From the NCBI GenBank assembly GCA_049903315.1, contig JBNGBT010000005.1, positions 160,001 to 224,000 on the forward strand: 64,000 bases of DNA, in the 5' to 3' direction. The DNA is from Candidatus Cloacimonadota bacterium. Its GTDB lineage: Bacteria > Cloacimonadota > Cloacimonadia > JGIOTU-2. Of this stretch, positions 35,041 to 45,184 are shown piece after piece; positions within the stretch are counted from its first letter, which is position 1, and the number at the start of each line of letters is the position of its first letter. The notes beneath the pieces were generated by a model. It did no database searches. It saw only the letters and a list, made by a program, of their open reading frames with translations, and had not been told where the DNA came from. Position numbers and translations under genes: made by a program.

Positions 35041-35454
35041 GTGGATAATCTTACAAAAGAACAAAGAAAAAAAACAATGAGTTTAATAAGAAGTGAAGAT
35101 ACTAAGGCTGAAATAATATTACGAAAAGAACTATGGAAGAGGGGATATAGATTTAGAAAAAACTATAAAAAATTAATAGGTAAACCGGATATAGCAATAG
35201 TAAAATACAAGACAGTTATATTCTGCGACGGTGAATTTTGGCATGGAAAACATTGGGAAGAAAACAAAAAAAAAATTAACACAAATAGAGAATATTGGAT
35301 ACCAAAAATTGAGAGAAATATAAAAAGAGATAAGGAAATAAACGAAAAATTAATAAATGAAGGATGGAAGGTTTTGAGATTCTGGTCAAAGGATATAAAA
35401 AAAGAACTTGAAATGATTGCAGATGAAATAGAAAAAAAAATGAAAGAAGATTAA
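35041..35454 (+). CDS. vsr: Very-short-patch repair endonuclease
   Basis: MDNLTKEQRKKTMS, GKPDI, FCDGEFWHG, YWIPKIERNIKRD, GWKVLRFW. Confidence 0.95.
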   Translation: MDNLTKEQRKKTMSLIRSEDTKAEIILRKELWKRGYRFRKNYKKLIGKPDIAIVKYKTVIFCDGEFWHGKHWEENKKKINTNREYWIPKIERNIKRDKEINEKLINEGWKVLRFWSKDIKKELEMIADEIEKKMKED

Positions 35455-35462
35455 AGTAGCAA

Positions 35463-36518
35463 ATGAAATATACAGTAGGAAGCTTATTCGCAGGAATTGG
35501 GGGAATCTGCAAAGGATTTGAGAATGCAGGAGCTAAAATTGTTTGGGCTAATGAAATTGATAAAAATGCATGTATAACTTACAGATTAAACTTTAATCAT
35601 AAATTATATGAAGAAGATATAAATAGATTAACAAGAAAAGATAAAATAAAAAATCTACCTGAAGTAGATATAATTACATCAGGATTTCCATGCCAGGCAT
35701 TTTCAATAGCCGGATATCAAAATGGATTTGATGATCCAAGAGGAAATCTTTTTTTTGAGACAGCAAAAGTAATAGATTATTTAAGACCAAAAGCTTTTCT
35801 ATTAGAAAATGTAAAACATTTTGTAGGACACGACAAAGGTAAAACGTTTAAAGTAATTAAAAATGTAATTACAGAGGATTTAAAATATTCATTTATACCT
35901 TTTATATTGAATTCTAAGGATTTTGGAAACATACCACAAAATAGAGAAAGAATTTATATTGTTGGTTTCAAGGGGGAATCATATATAGATTATTTTTCAG
36001 ACAAATTTGATCATTATACTATAAAAGAAGAAGATAAATATAGAGAAATATTAAAGAAGAGAAAAGGTAAGAAAAGCTACACATTAAATTATTTAATACC
36101 GAAACCAATAAAACTTACAAAAAGTATAAGAGAAATAATTGATAATAAGAAAGCTGAAGATAGATTTTATTATAAAGAGAATCATAAATATTATAAAAAG
36201 CTTACAAAAGAAGTGATTTCAGAAAAAACCATCTATCAATGGAGAAGAGTTTATATAAGGGAGAATAAAAGCAATTTATGCCCAACACTAACAGCAAATA
36301 TGGGAACAGGGGGGCATAATGTGCCAATTATAAAGGATAAATGGGGTATAAGAAAACTAACGCCAGAAGAGTGTTTAAAGTTTCAAGGATTTGATAACTA
36401 CATTTTACCAAATACAGCACCATCCCATCTGTATAAACAAATAGGAAATTCAGTTACGGTACCCGTAATTGAGAGAATAGCAAAAGAGATATTACGTGTA
36501 TTAAATTTACGCGAGTGA
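35463..36518 (+). CDS. DNA (cytosine-5) methyltransferase
   Basis: Motif I LFAGIGG, IV GFPCQ, VI LENV, VIII QNRERIY, IX RKLTPEE, X GNSV. Confidence 0.97.
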   Translation: MKYTVGSLFAGIGGICKGFENAGAKIVWANEIDKNACITYRLNFNHKLYEEDINRLTRKDKIKNLPEVDIITSGFPCQAFSIAGYQNGFDDPRGNLFFETAKVIDYLRPKAFLLENVKHFVGHDKGKTFKVIKNVITEDLKYSFIPFILNSKDFGNIPQNRERIYIVGFKGESYIDYFSDKFDHYTIKEEDKYREILKKRKGKKSYTLNYLIPKPIKLTKSIREIIDNKKAEDRFYYKENHKYYKKLTKEVISEKTIYQWRRVYIRENKSNLCPTLTANMGTGGHNVPIIKDKWGIRKLTPEECLKFQGFDNYILPNTAPSHLYKQIGNSVTVPVIERIAKEILRVLNLRE

Positions 36519-36526
36519 GGTAAATT

Positions 36527-37693
36527 ATGTTCATAGATTTAATAGGCCAACAGGAAAAACAAATATACATCAAATTTCTTAAGACATTAGGAGCGCTTTC
36601 AAAGCTGTTTTCAGAAAACACTATACCATACTTAAATTATAGAGTGGCTGAAAATATATTCTGCAAAGCATTTAATGCTCATAATATATCAAGAACCGAC
36701 TGCGCATTTGATGCAAAAAAAGAAGAAATGGGGATTGGGATAAAGACCTTTTTAAACAAAAATGGAAGAACCATGCAGAAAATTGCTGAATTTAATAAGG
36801 ACAGAGCAGAATACAAAGATCTTATCGATAATCCAAAGAAGTTTATTAAATATATATCGAAATTAAGAAACGATAGAATAGAAGCAGCGAATGGTATATT
36901 ACAAACAAGCAATCATATATATCACTGTATTGCAAGGAATGAAAACAAGTTCTTAATATTTGAAGAGCAGATGAGTTATATAGATATTGATGGAATCAGA
37001 AATGTTAAAAAGACAAGATCTTCAATAGCATTTGATGATAGTGAGAATGATTATAATTTCAATTTAAGCAAAAGTACTTTATTTAAAAGATTTATTACAA
37101 ATAATCCTTTGGAAATTGATGTTTCAATAATTGATGATCCGTATGAAGAGATACTTAGATTTTTTGAGCAACAAGATATACATTTTGAAGAACCACAAGA
37201 AGAATACGAAAAGGTAATACTACCATTGTATTCAATGAAAACAAGAAAAGTGGAGGAAAGAAGCGGATTAAACCAATGGAATGCTAGAGGTAGACCAAGA
37301 GATAATAGAGAAGTTTATATACCTATACCGGTTTGGATACACAAAAAATTTCCCCTATTTTTTCCAACTATTGAAAATAGTTTCAAGCTAAAACTGCCAA
37401 ATGGAAAAGTATTAGATGCTAAAACATGCCAAACACAGTATGTAGAAATAAATGGTGAAAGATTGAATAAGGGAAAAGGATTAATGAGCAAGCCAAACAA
37501 AGATCTTGGGAAATGGATATTAGACGATGTTTTGAGAGTACCTGAAAGGAAATTGGTTACCAGGGAGATGCTTGAAAATATTGGAATTGATTCAGTAGAA
37601 ATAAGAAAAATTGATAATGAAAACTATGATCTAAATTTCAAGAAAACAAATAGTTTTGAGGATTTCTATCAGGATATGAATAATAATTTCTAA
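36527..37693 (+). CDS. Type II restriction endonuclease, NgoFVII-like
   Basis: PYLNYRVAENIFC, DA...GIGIKTF (PD-D/ExK-like), QKIAEFN, SGLNQWNARGRPR..EVYIPIP. Directly follows the C5 MTase. Confidence 0.8.
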   Translation: MFIDLIGQQEKQIYIKFLKTLGALSKLFSENTIPYLNYRVAENIFCKAFNAHNISRTDCAFDAKKEEMGIGIKTFLNKNGRTMQKIAEFNKDRAEYKDLIDNPKKFIKYISKLRNDRIEAANGILQTSNHIYHCIARNENKFLIFEEQMSYIDIDGIRNVKKTRSSIAFDDSENDYNFNLSKSTLFKRFITNNPLEIDVSIIDDPYEEILRFFEQQDIHFEEPQEEYEKVILPLYSMKTRKVEERSGLNQWNARGRPRDNREVYIPIPVWIHKKFPLFFPTIENSFKLKLPNGKVLDAKTCQTQYVEINGERLNKGKGLMSKPNKDLGKWILDDVLRVPERKLVTREMLENIGIDSVEIRKIDNENYDLNFKKTNSFEDFYQDMNNNF

Positions 37694-37812
37694 GGTTAAA
37701 CAAAACTTTATGAATTTAAATATCTGTTTAATTTATAAGAAATTTGACAAATATTGAATGTTTTAAAAAAAACCAATCTGAATTTTTTAAAAAGAATGTT
37801 AGGGGTAGAAAC

Positions 37813-38742
37813 GTGGATGTGATAAAGAAATTGATTGAAACAGATCAGGAAAAAAGAAAACTCTTTGAAGAGATAATGGAACAAAACAGAATAAAATGGA
37901 ATAATGTTTTAGAACCAGAAACAATATTTAAATGGTTAAAAAACTTTAACGGAGAAAATGAAAAAGAGTACCTATACGCGTTAAAAATTGCAAATGAGAT
38001 ATATTACTGCGACAAAAAAGGTATTGAGCAATTATGGGGATATGTTGTAAATAATAGAATGAGAGAATATATTCACGAAAAAAAATTCGCAGAATGTAAA
38101 ACTAACGAATTTATTAAAAATTATATTGAATATGTAAACAAAAGTTGTGTATTTGTTGGTTATGGAGAAGCTGGGAAAAGTGGAAATGCAATGATTTATT
38201 CGCTTAGAAATGCAATTGAAAATTCTGATTTTAATTTCTTAACATTAGATGAATTATATAGAGAGAATTTGGAAACATTTAGTTATGTAGTTCTGGTAGA
38301 TGATTTTATAGGTACTGGAAACCAAGCTACAAAAAATTGGGAAAAAAAGAGGGAAATAGATGGGGAAAAAATCAGCCTAGAGGATATTAAAAAAAAATAT
38401 AAAAATATTGAGTTTCTTTATATTGCATTAATTGCGACTAGAGAAGGAAAAAAGAAAATAGAAAAAAATACTTCAATAAAAGTATTTTGGGGAGATGTAA
38501 TTGATGAAACATATAAATGTTTTTCAGAAGTATCAAGAATATTTACTGATAGTGAAGAAAGAGAGGAAGCAAAAGAAATTATTGAAAGAAAGGGAAAATT
38601 ATTATATGAACATCCTCTTGGATATGAGAATGGGCAGTTAACAATAGCCTTTGAGCATAATACACCCAATAACTCTTTGCCGGTAATTTGGAAAAAAATT
38701 AGAAACGGTGGCTGGTTCCCACTTTTTGAGAGGAAAAAATGA
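37813..38742 (+). CDS. Phosphoribosyltransferase-like protein
   Basis: PRPP-loop VVLVDDFIGTGNQ, GKSG, C-terminal PLGY...FEHNTPNNSLPVIW...WFPLFER. GTG at 37813 follows aggggt; the ORF extends upstream to 37744. Confidence 0.8.
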   Translation: MDVIKKLIETDQEKRKLFEEIMEQNRIKWNNVLEPETIFKWLKNFNGENEKEYLYALKIANEIYYCDKKGIEQLWGYVVNNRMREYIHEKKFAECKTNEFIKNYIEYVNKSCVFVGYGEAGKSGNAMIYSLRNAIENSDFNFLTLDELYRENLETFSYVVLVDDFIGTGNQATKNWEKKREIDGEKISLEDIKKKYKNIEFLYIALIATREGKKKIEKNTSIKVFWGDVIDETYKCFSEVSRIFTDSEEREEAKEIIERKGKLLYEHPLGYENGQLTIAFEHNTPNNSLPVIWKKIRNGGWFPLFERKK

Positions 38743-40736
38743 ATTTTATATCAAACAAATTTGAAGAAAAACATCCTTTTGATGCAGTAAGAGCTGAGGA
38801 TTTTGGAGAAGATTTATTTGAGTTTTATGAACCTTTGGAGCAAATAGTTAGGAATGTTTCTGGAGTAAATATTGAAGGTAATAGACATATAATAATTGAA
38901 GGAGGCAGGGGAACTGGAAAAACAATGGTACTAAAGCATTTAGAGTTTAACATGCAATTAAAAGAATTTTTATATAAAAATGGAAATAAAAAACAAATTG
39001 AAAATATTAATAAGGAGCATATTGAAAACTTTTTAAAAAATAAAAAATTTATTGGTACTTACATACATATTAAATCAGGAGATTTTGATAATTTATGTAA
39101 TGAATTAGAGAGTCTCTTTAAACCAATATTAGTACTAAAAATTACTTATGAATTATTAAAAATACTTATTTTCTTAAAATGGAAAAATTTAATTGAATCT
39201 AAAACAGAAAAGATGATAGTTGAAAAATTTGTACAGCAGATAAAGAAGCCTTTAATTGAAAACGTTGATAATTTTGAAGATATTGAGAAGTTAATAAACG
39301 ATAAATTATTAGATTCATATAACACGATTACTAATGCATATTCAACATACAGGTTAAATGAAATAAAAAAAATGTTTGAAATGCCAATTGTATTACATAG
39401 AAATATTATTTTTAAATTATTTGATTTTATAATATCTAATGTTAAATGTTTAAATAATAAAAGAATATTTATAATTATAGATGAAGTTGAATACCTAACT
39501 GAATTTCAAACAAGATATATTACTCAACTTATAAAAGATTCTGACGATACTTCAATTACATTTAAAGTAGGCACAAGATGCCTTCCAAAAACATTAAAAG
39601 TTGGAAATACAGATGAGATTTTGAAAGAATTTGATGACTACAGAAAAATTGTAATAACAGATGCGTTGAACGCTGCACATAGCGGAACTAAAAGTCATTA
39701 TAGTAATTTAATTAAAAATATACTTAATAAAAGATTACAAAAAAGTTCATATTTTAAAGGGAAGAGAATATGTGATATTGAACAATTGATTCCAAATATT
39801 AGTATTGAAAAAGAAGCAAGAGATATTGTGAGTGGAGGAACTAAGCATTGGATAAAATTTAAAAATGAAATGACGAAATCGAAAACAAAGAGGGAGATAA
39901 ATAGTATAATTGATCATATAAAATATGATAAAAACCCATTAATTGAAAAATTAAATATGCTTTTAATATATAGAGGTTATAGCCCTAAAAAAATAAAAAA
40001 ATTGTATAAAGATTTTTTAGAAGATAAAAATAAAGAATATAAAAATTTGTATAATAAAAACGCTTTTAATCTTTTAATACAACTCTATCATGATTATAGG
40101 AAAGATAAAAGATATGCTGGAATTGACACATACATATATTTATCTTCAGGAATAACGAGGATAGCTTTAGAATTGTGTGGTGAAGCGCTAAACACTGCTT
40201 ATGTATATGGATATAAAACAGAACATGAAAAATCTATTGACATACAACAACAAAGTTATAGTGCAAAAAAAATATCTTTAAAGCAATATGATGGAATAAC
40301 AAAGATACCAAAATGGGGAATTAAAGTACAAAGCTTTATTAATCAGATAGGAACAATTTTTGATGAGATGCATAGAGATATATATTTAGTTGAACCTGAG
40401 CCAACACATTTTGAAACTGATATATCAGATTTATCTGATAAAGCATGCAATATTTTTAATGCTGCATTAAGTTACGAATATATACAAAAAAAACCATCAA
40501 TGAAACCTAAGGAAAAAGGAAAAACAAAAAGAGAAGATTTTATTATAAATAGAATATTTGCCCCGCATTTTAATATATCTTATAAAATAAGAGGAAGAAC
40601 TGTAATACCATCAGGGGAACTGGAAAAATTATTAATAGGCAATGAAGAAGAAAAAAATAAATCAAGAAAAAATATTATAAAAATGAATACTAGAAGAGAA
40701 AGAGTTTTAGAAGATCAAAGCATATTAGAGATTTAA
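38739..40736 (+). CDS. P-loop ATPase, probably ORC/Cdc6- or STAND-like
   Basis: N-terminal HPF, Walker A GGRGTGKT, Walker B IFIIIDEVE, later SSGITR motif. ATGA overlap with the PRTase gene. Confidence 0.78.
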   Translation: MNFISNKFEEKHPFDAVRAEDFGEDLFEFYEPLEQIVRNVSGVNIEGNRHIIIEGGRGTGKTMVLKHLEFNMQLKEFLYKNGNKKQIENINKEHIENFLKNKKFIGTYIHIKSGDFDNLCNELESLFKPILVLKITYELLKILIFLKWKNLIESKTEKMIVEKFVQQIKKPLIENVDNFEDIEKLINDKLLDSYNTITNAYSTYRLNEIKKMFEMPIVLHRNIIFKLFDFIISNVKCLNNKRIFIIIDEVEYLTEFQTRYITQLIKDSDDTSITFKVGTRCLPKTLKVGNTDEILKEFDDYRKIVITDALNAAHSGTKSHYSNLIKNILNKRLQKSSYFKGKRICDIEQLIPNISIEKEARDIVSGGTKHWIKFKNEMTKSKTKREINSIIDHIKYDKNPLIEKLNMLLIYRGYSPKKIKKLYKDFLEDKNKEYKNLYNKNAFNLLIQLYHDYRKDKRYAGIDTYIYLSSGITRIALELCGEALNTAYVYGYKTEHEKSIDIQQQSYSAKKISLKQYDGITKIPKWGIKVQSFINQIGTIFDEMHRDIYLVEPEPTHFETDISDLSDKACNIFNAALSYEYIQKKPSMKPKEKGKTKREDFIINRIFAPHFNISYKIRGRTVIPSGELEKLLIGNEEEKNKSRKNIIKMNTRRERVLEDQSILEI

Positions 40737-40749
40737 TAGTGGTGGAAAA

Positions 40750-41763
40750 ATGAAACTATACGAGAATTTTTCAATAAAAAGATTTGATAAATACTTGGCA
40801 GATAAAAGAAATTGGGATTTTTTTATTACTTGTACTAGTTTTGAAGATAGAAGTATCTCAGTTTCAAAGCAGTTAAAATCTTATAGTAGCAAAATTGAGA
40901 ATACAATAATTGTAAATTATCCTGAGCACGATAATAAAAATAAAAAAAAAAATAATACAAAAAAGATAATTAAAAATCTCAATGAAGTATCAAGAAACTT
41001 AATAATTTATGATACTAAGAGTGTGCTTGAACCATCGCTCGGCATCAAAGATTTTAAAGAATATATAAAAAAAAGATCAATAGAATTTAAAGAAAAAAAA
41101 ATACTTTTAGATATAAGTGTATTTACTAAACCATATTTCTTTTTATTATTAAAAATATTAAAAGAAGACTATAATGTAAATGTTGTGGATATCGTTTATA
41201 CTGAAGTATTAAATTATAATACAAACGATCAAAGAAAAGATTTATTTTCCATTGGCATAAACAGAATTGAACCTATACCGGGTTTCAATGGATCATATCA
41301 AAACGCAGAAGAAGCTTTGATTACTTTTATTGGATTTGAAGGAAATAGGTCATTACAAATATATCAACAAATTAGTCCTAAAATAATAGTAGTGGTTAAC
41401 GGAATGCCTTCTTTCCAGCCAAGCTGGCATATTATGAGTATGAAAAGGAATATAGAATTTTTAAAAGAATCAAAAGGTTATAAAAATCTATTCTATACAC
41501 CAACATATGATCCATTTGAAACAATTCGTGTATTAAAAAAAATTATAGATTTAATAATAATAGAAAATCCAAAATTAAATATTACTATTGCACCACTTAG
41601 CACAAAACCAATTTCCTTGGGAATAGCATTATATTCATTGTATCATAAAAATATAAAAGTTATCTATCCCTACCCTATTAAATATAATACAGATTCATCA
41701 AAAGGAGAGAATAAATCATGGATATATCGAATTAATTTTAATACATTACAAGAAATTTATTAA
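40750..41763 (+). CDS. Uncharacterised protein with two apparent Rossmann-like alpha/beta repeats
   Basis: Intact 337-aa ORF with RBS ggtgg. Repeated motifs SFEDRS / GFEGNRS and LLDISVFTK / IAPLSTK. Confidence 0.7.
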   Translation: MKLYENFSIKRFDKYLADKRNWDFFITCTSFEDRSISVSKQLKSYSSKIENTIIVNYPEHDNKNKKKNNTKKIIKNLNEVSRNLIIYDTKSVLEPSLGIKDFKEYIKKRSIEFKEKKILLDISVFTKPYFFLLLKILKEDYNVNVVDIVYTEVLNYNTNDQRKDLFSIGINRIEPIPGFNGSYQNAEEALITFIGFEGNRSLQIYQQISPKIIVVVNGMPSFQPSWHIMSMKRNIEFLKESKGYKNLFYTPTYDPFETIRVLKKIIDLIIIENPKLNITIAPLSTKPISLGIALYSLYHKNIKVIYPYPIKYNTDSSKGENKSWIYRINFNTLQEIY

Positions 41764-41995
41764 TAACTTAATAATTATTTATAATGAAATAAATTTTCAA
41801 TATTTATATAAAAAATAAATAAGTTAATAGTTATGAGGATAAGTTTATTATGCTTATTTAATTTATTGATAATGCTGTCTGCTGAAGTTATAACTTTGTA
41901 TAATTGACATTATCAAGATTGAAATAGATAAATGTACAATATCATTGTATATTGCTTAAACCTTATCCTAACTTATGAGAGAGGTAAGGTGACGG

Positions 41996-43231
41996 TTACT
42001 CTTCCAATCCACCCTTCACAATATCCAAGATCCTCTGTGCGAGTGTGTGCTTTGAGTCCCTGCCTTTGAATTGTACTTCGCCTTTAGCATTTATCACAAA
42101 TATCTTATTATCATCGCTCTGGAAGCCGGAATCCGATTCTTTCACATCATTGGCAACGATATAGTCTGCCTGCACCTGTTTCAGGCGTTCATAACTCTTT
42201 GCAATGAGCTGTTTCTCGTTCAATCCGTGCTCTGCCTTAAATGCAACAAGAATGGTGGCTGGTGAGAGTTTTTTCACCTTTTCAATAATTTTCTCGGTGG
42301 GGGAAAGCTCAATGCTGAATTTTTTGGATGAGGGAAGTTTGCCTTGTGCTTTTTTCTCCAATTTCCAGTCTGCAACCGCAGCAGCGCTGATGAACACATC
42401 CACATTTTTCTCTTTGAGCTTAGAGGTAACGGCATCCAGCATTTCTTCGGTAGTTTCAACCGGAATATACTCACAACCTGCAGGAGGAGTGAGTTTTGTG
42501 GGACCGCTTACCAAAATGCAGTGAGCTCCTCTGCGAACTGCATCCTTTGCCAGTGCAAAGCCCATTTTCCCGGAGCTCTTATTCGTAATGTAGCGAATGT
42601 CATCAATGTATTCAATCGTTGGTCCGGCAGTTACCAGCATAGTCATATCCTGCAAGTCCTTTTTGTAGAGTTTCTGAATGACCATTTCTACCATAGTGTC
42701 CACGCTGGCGATCTTTGCCTTGCCCTCTTCTCGTACCGGTTCGATTACATCGATGTTCGCTTTTTTCAGCTTCTCAATATTTTCCAAAATGAAGGGATTC
42801 TTATACATGCTCTCGTGCATGGCAGGCACGATCATCACAGGAATGCCAGAGCCGATGGCAGAGGTCACTGTAGAAAGCACAGGCGTATCGTCGATACCGC
42901 ATGCGATTTTGCTGAGAGAATTGCCTGTTGCCGGAGCAATGAGCATAAGATCACAACTTTCTTCGTGTTCACCAGCCAGCCAGATGTGCTCGATTTTTCC
43001 GGTTAACTCGGTTGTTACTGGATTTCCAGTAGCCCACTCGAACATTGCAGGAGTCACGAGCTTCGTTGCTTCCTGGCTCATTACCACAAATACTTCTGCG
43101 CCGTGACGCATGATTTCACGTGCTAGGTCAACACTGCGCAGGCAGCCCACGCTTCCGGTTATGCCGAGGGCAATGCGTTTGTCCTGCAGTTCCTGTTCTT
43201 TTGTACCTATTATATCTTTGCTTGGATGCAT
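41996..43231 (-). CDS. coaBC: Bifunctional phosphopantothenoylcysteine decarboxylase/synthetase, archaeal-like N-terminus
   Basis: LGITGSVG, IAPATGN, VPAMHESMY, TAGPTIE...RYITNKSSGKMG, AAAVAD, VAND. Starts MHPSKDI. Confidence 0.95.
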   Translation of the reverse strand: MHPSKDIIGTKEQELQDKRIALGITGSVGCLRSVDLAREIMRHGAEVFVVMSQEATKLVTPAMFEWATGNPVTTELTGKIEHIWLAGEHEESCDLMLIAPATGNSLSKIACGIDDTPVLSTVTSAIGSGIPVMIVPAMHESMYKNPFILENIEKLKKANIDVIEPVREEGKAKIASVDTMVEMVIQKLYKKDLQDMTMLVTAGPTIEYIDDIRYITNKSSGKMGFALAKDAVRRGAHCILVSGPTKLTPPAGCEYIPVETTEEMLDAVTSKLKEKNVDVFISAAAVADWKLEKKAQGKLPSSKKFSIELSPTEKIIEKVKKLSPATILVAFKAEHGLNEKQLIAKSYERLKQVQADYIVANDVKESDSGFQSDDNKIFVINAKGEVQFKGRDSKHTLAQRILDIVKGGLEE

Positions 43232-44379
43232 GATAACACCTCTTTTATGTCATGGATAAATTCGTTTATTACTTTTTTTGTCACTGACGGACGGAGCACG
43301 ATGCGCATGTGCTCGGTAAATAGCGAGATCGCCCAACCCTTGTCGCGCAGCGCTTCTGCAATGAGTACAATATTATATTTCGTCGAGGTCACGCCCACGA
43401 TGTTCATGGTCGGGGATTGGATCGGGCAGAGTTCATTGATCTTTGTAAGCTCGGAAATCAGGTGTTCGCGTACATGCAGACATCGTTTGATGATGTCGTT
43501 GTAGCCCTCGTAACCGAGGTAGTTCAGCATTCCCCAGACCGCAACGACCGATGCGCCGGATCGGGAACTCACAAACGTGGTTTGCGCAGTGTGTCCGCCG
43601 GAGAGATAGCTGACACACCATTCAATTTTCTTGGTCAGGTCCTTGTTTCTGAAAAGGATCCCGCCTGCAGGAATAGGGCACATGCCCATTTTATGAGGAT
43701 CGATAGTGATAGAGCTCACACCCGGGAGTGCGAAATCGAAATCCGCAACATCATAATTTAAATCCTTCATAAAGGGAATCACAAATCCGCCGAATGCCGC
43801 ATCGATATGGAGGTAGAGTTTGTGCTTAATACACAGATCTGACATTTTGGAAATCGGGTCGATCACGCCAAGTTCGGTCGTGCCTGCGATGCCAACTATG
43901 CAGAATGTGTCGTCATCGATAGCTTTCTCTGTTTCTGTGATGTCCATCTGGCGTTGCTTGGTAACTCGAACTGTTTTTACAGTAAGATTTAAAATATTTG
44001 CACTTTTATACAATGAAAAATGTGCGGTTTCGGGCACGATTATAGTATGTTTGCCGGAAAGCTCGCGGTAAGCCCAGAGTGCAAGGAAATTGGCTTCTGT
44101 ACCGCCTGTGACGATATTTCCGTAGGCATCTGGATTATGCAGCATTTTTCCCAGCATGCGAATGGATTCCTTTTCAAGTTTAACAACACCCGGGAAAAGA
44201 TTGGAATCACCAATATTTCTATCAATAAAAGTAGAAAAAAGCTCTTGAGCGAATGTGTCGGGGTAGGTGCACATGGTGCTGATCACATTGCCTTTTTTAT
44301 ATGATTTGTCGTGTTTGAGTGCGGAACGGATCAGTTCGAGCACTTCGTTTTTCGGAAGAGAAGATCTATTCATATACAT
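43210..44379 (-). CDS. mfnA: MfnA-type group II PLP decarboxylase (probably aspartate 1-decarboxylase here)
   Basis: STMCT, NIGD..LFPG, TGGTEAN, AHFS, AGTTELG..DPI, HIDAAFGG, PLP lysine in SITIDPHKMG. Located between panB and coaBC. Confidence 0.85.
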   Translation of the reverse strand: MYMNRSSLPKNEVLELIRSALKHDKSYKKGNVISTMCTYPDTFAQELFSTFIDRNIGDSNLFPGVVKLEKESIRMLGKMLHNPDAYGNIVTGGTEANFLALWAYRELSGKHTIIVPETAHFSLYKSANILNLTVKTVRVTKQRQMDITETEKAIDDDTFCIVGIAGTTELGVIDPISKMSDLCIKHKLYLHIDAAFGGFVIPFMKDLNYDVADFDFALPGVSSITIDPHKMGMCPIPAGGILFRNKDLTKKIEWCVSYLSGGHTAQTTFVSSRSGASVVAVWGMLNYLGYEGYNDIIKRCLHVREHLISELTKINELCPIQSPTMNIVGVTSTKYNIVLIAEALRDKGWAISLFTEHMRIVLRPSVTKKVINEFIHDIKEVLSCIQAKI

Positions 44380-45124
44380 GTTCCTTATCCGGATAGGTTC
44401 CGTCTTTCACTTCTTTTTTGAATGCGCTCACGCTTTGGGAAATGATCTCAAAAAGATTTGCATAACTTTTTACAAATTTAGGATGAAAATCCGGATTCAT
44501 GCCCAGCAGGTCGTTGATCACGAGCACCTGTCCATCGCAGTATCTGCCTGCGCCGATGCCGATTGTCGGGATATCTATACTTTCTGTAATCTCTTTGCCG
44601 AGAATTTCCGGAATTGATTCCAGAACCAGTGTGAATGCGCCAGCCTGCTCGATCTCCTTGGCTTCTCTCAGTAAGCGGTCGTGATCTTTCTGTTTTCTGC
44701 CCACTACTTTAAAAGATTCGTAGGTTTGCGGCAGCAGCCCGATATGTCCCTGAACTGGTATGCTGTGTTCAAACAGATAGGAGATTGTTTTCGGAAAATA
44801 TCCTTCCAACTTGATCGCATCTGCTCCTGCATCGATAAATCGTTGAGCATTTTCCAGTGCAATTTCTTTGTCAGCGTAGGAATGGATCGGCATATCTCCA
44901 ACAATAGGGAGTGAACCTGCCCCCTTTGATACTGCTTCCACATGATAGAGCATCTGTTCCATAGTAACATTTTTCGTGGTCGAATCACCTTGGAAAACCA
45001 TACCGAGACTATCTCCAACGAGAATAAGGTCAATACCTACAGATGAAAATATCTTCGCCATCTGGAAATCATAGCAGGTAAGCATGACCAATTTTTCGGT
45101 TTTCTTAAATTTTTGAATATTCAT
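44366..45124 (-). CDS. panB: 3-methyl-2-oxobutanoate hydroxymethyltransferase
   Basis: MLTCYD, ILVGDSLG, IKLEG, GHIGLLPQ, TIGIGAG, DGQVLV. Confidence 0.96.
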   Translation of the reverse strand: MNIQKFKKTEKLVMLTCYDFQMAKIFSSVGIDLILVGDSLGMVFQGDSTTKNVTMEQMLYHVEAVSKGAGSLPIVGDMPIHSYADKEIALENAQRFIDAGADAIKLEGYFPKTISYLFEHSIPVQGHIGLLPQTYESFKVVGRKQKDHDRLLREAKEIEQAGAFTLVLESIPEILGKEITESIDIPTIGIGAGRYCDGQVLVINDLLGMNPDFHPKFVKSYANLFEIISQSVSAFKKEVKDGTYPDKEHVYE

Positions 45125-45184
45125 AATTTTAGAATTACTAAACCCTAATTTCTAATGACTAATAAAATTTCAAAATCCGAATGT

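Larger units (their letters stand above)
34860..41990. mobile_element. AT-rich, probably horizontally acquired defence island (no integrase visible; boundaries approximate)
   Basis: Abrupt compositional shift: 10/60 G+C in line 39961 and 3/60 in line 41761, versus 35/60 in rho line 33481. Six co-oriented genes including a restriction-modification set. Confidence 0.75.

Noticed and set aside
34860..41990. Prophage or integrative element with att sites
   Set aside because: No integrase, phage genes, tRNA target or flanking direct repeats were found by eye.
43278..43296. cactgacgga match to the rnpB palindrome inside mfnA
   Set aside because: The match is short and the encoded RIVLRPSV fits the family without an insertion, so it is probably chance.
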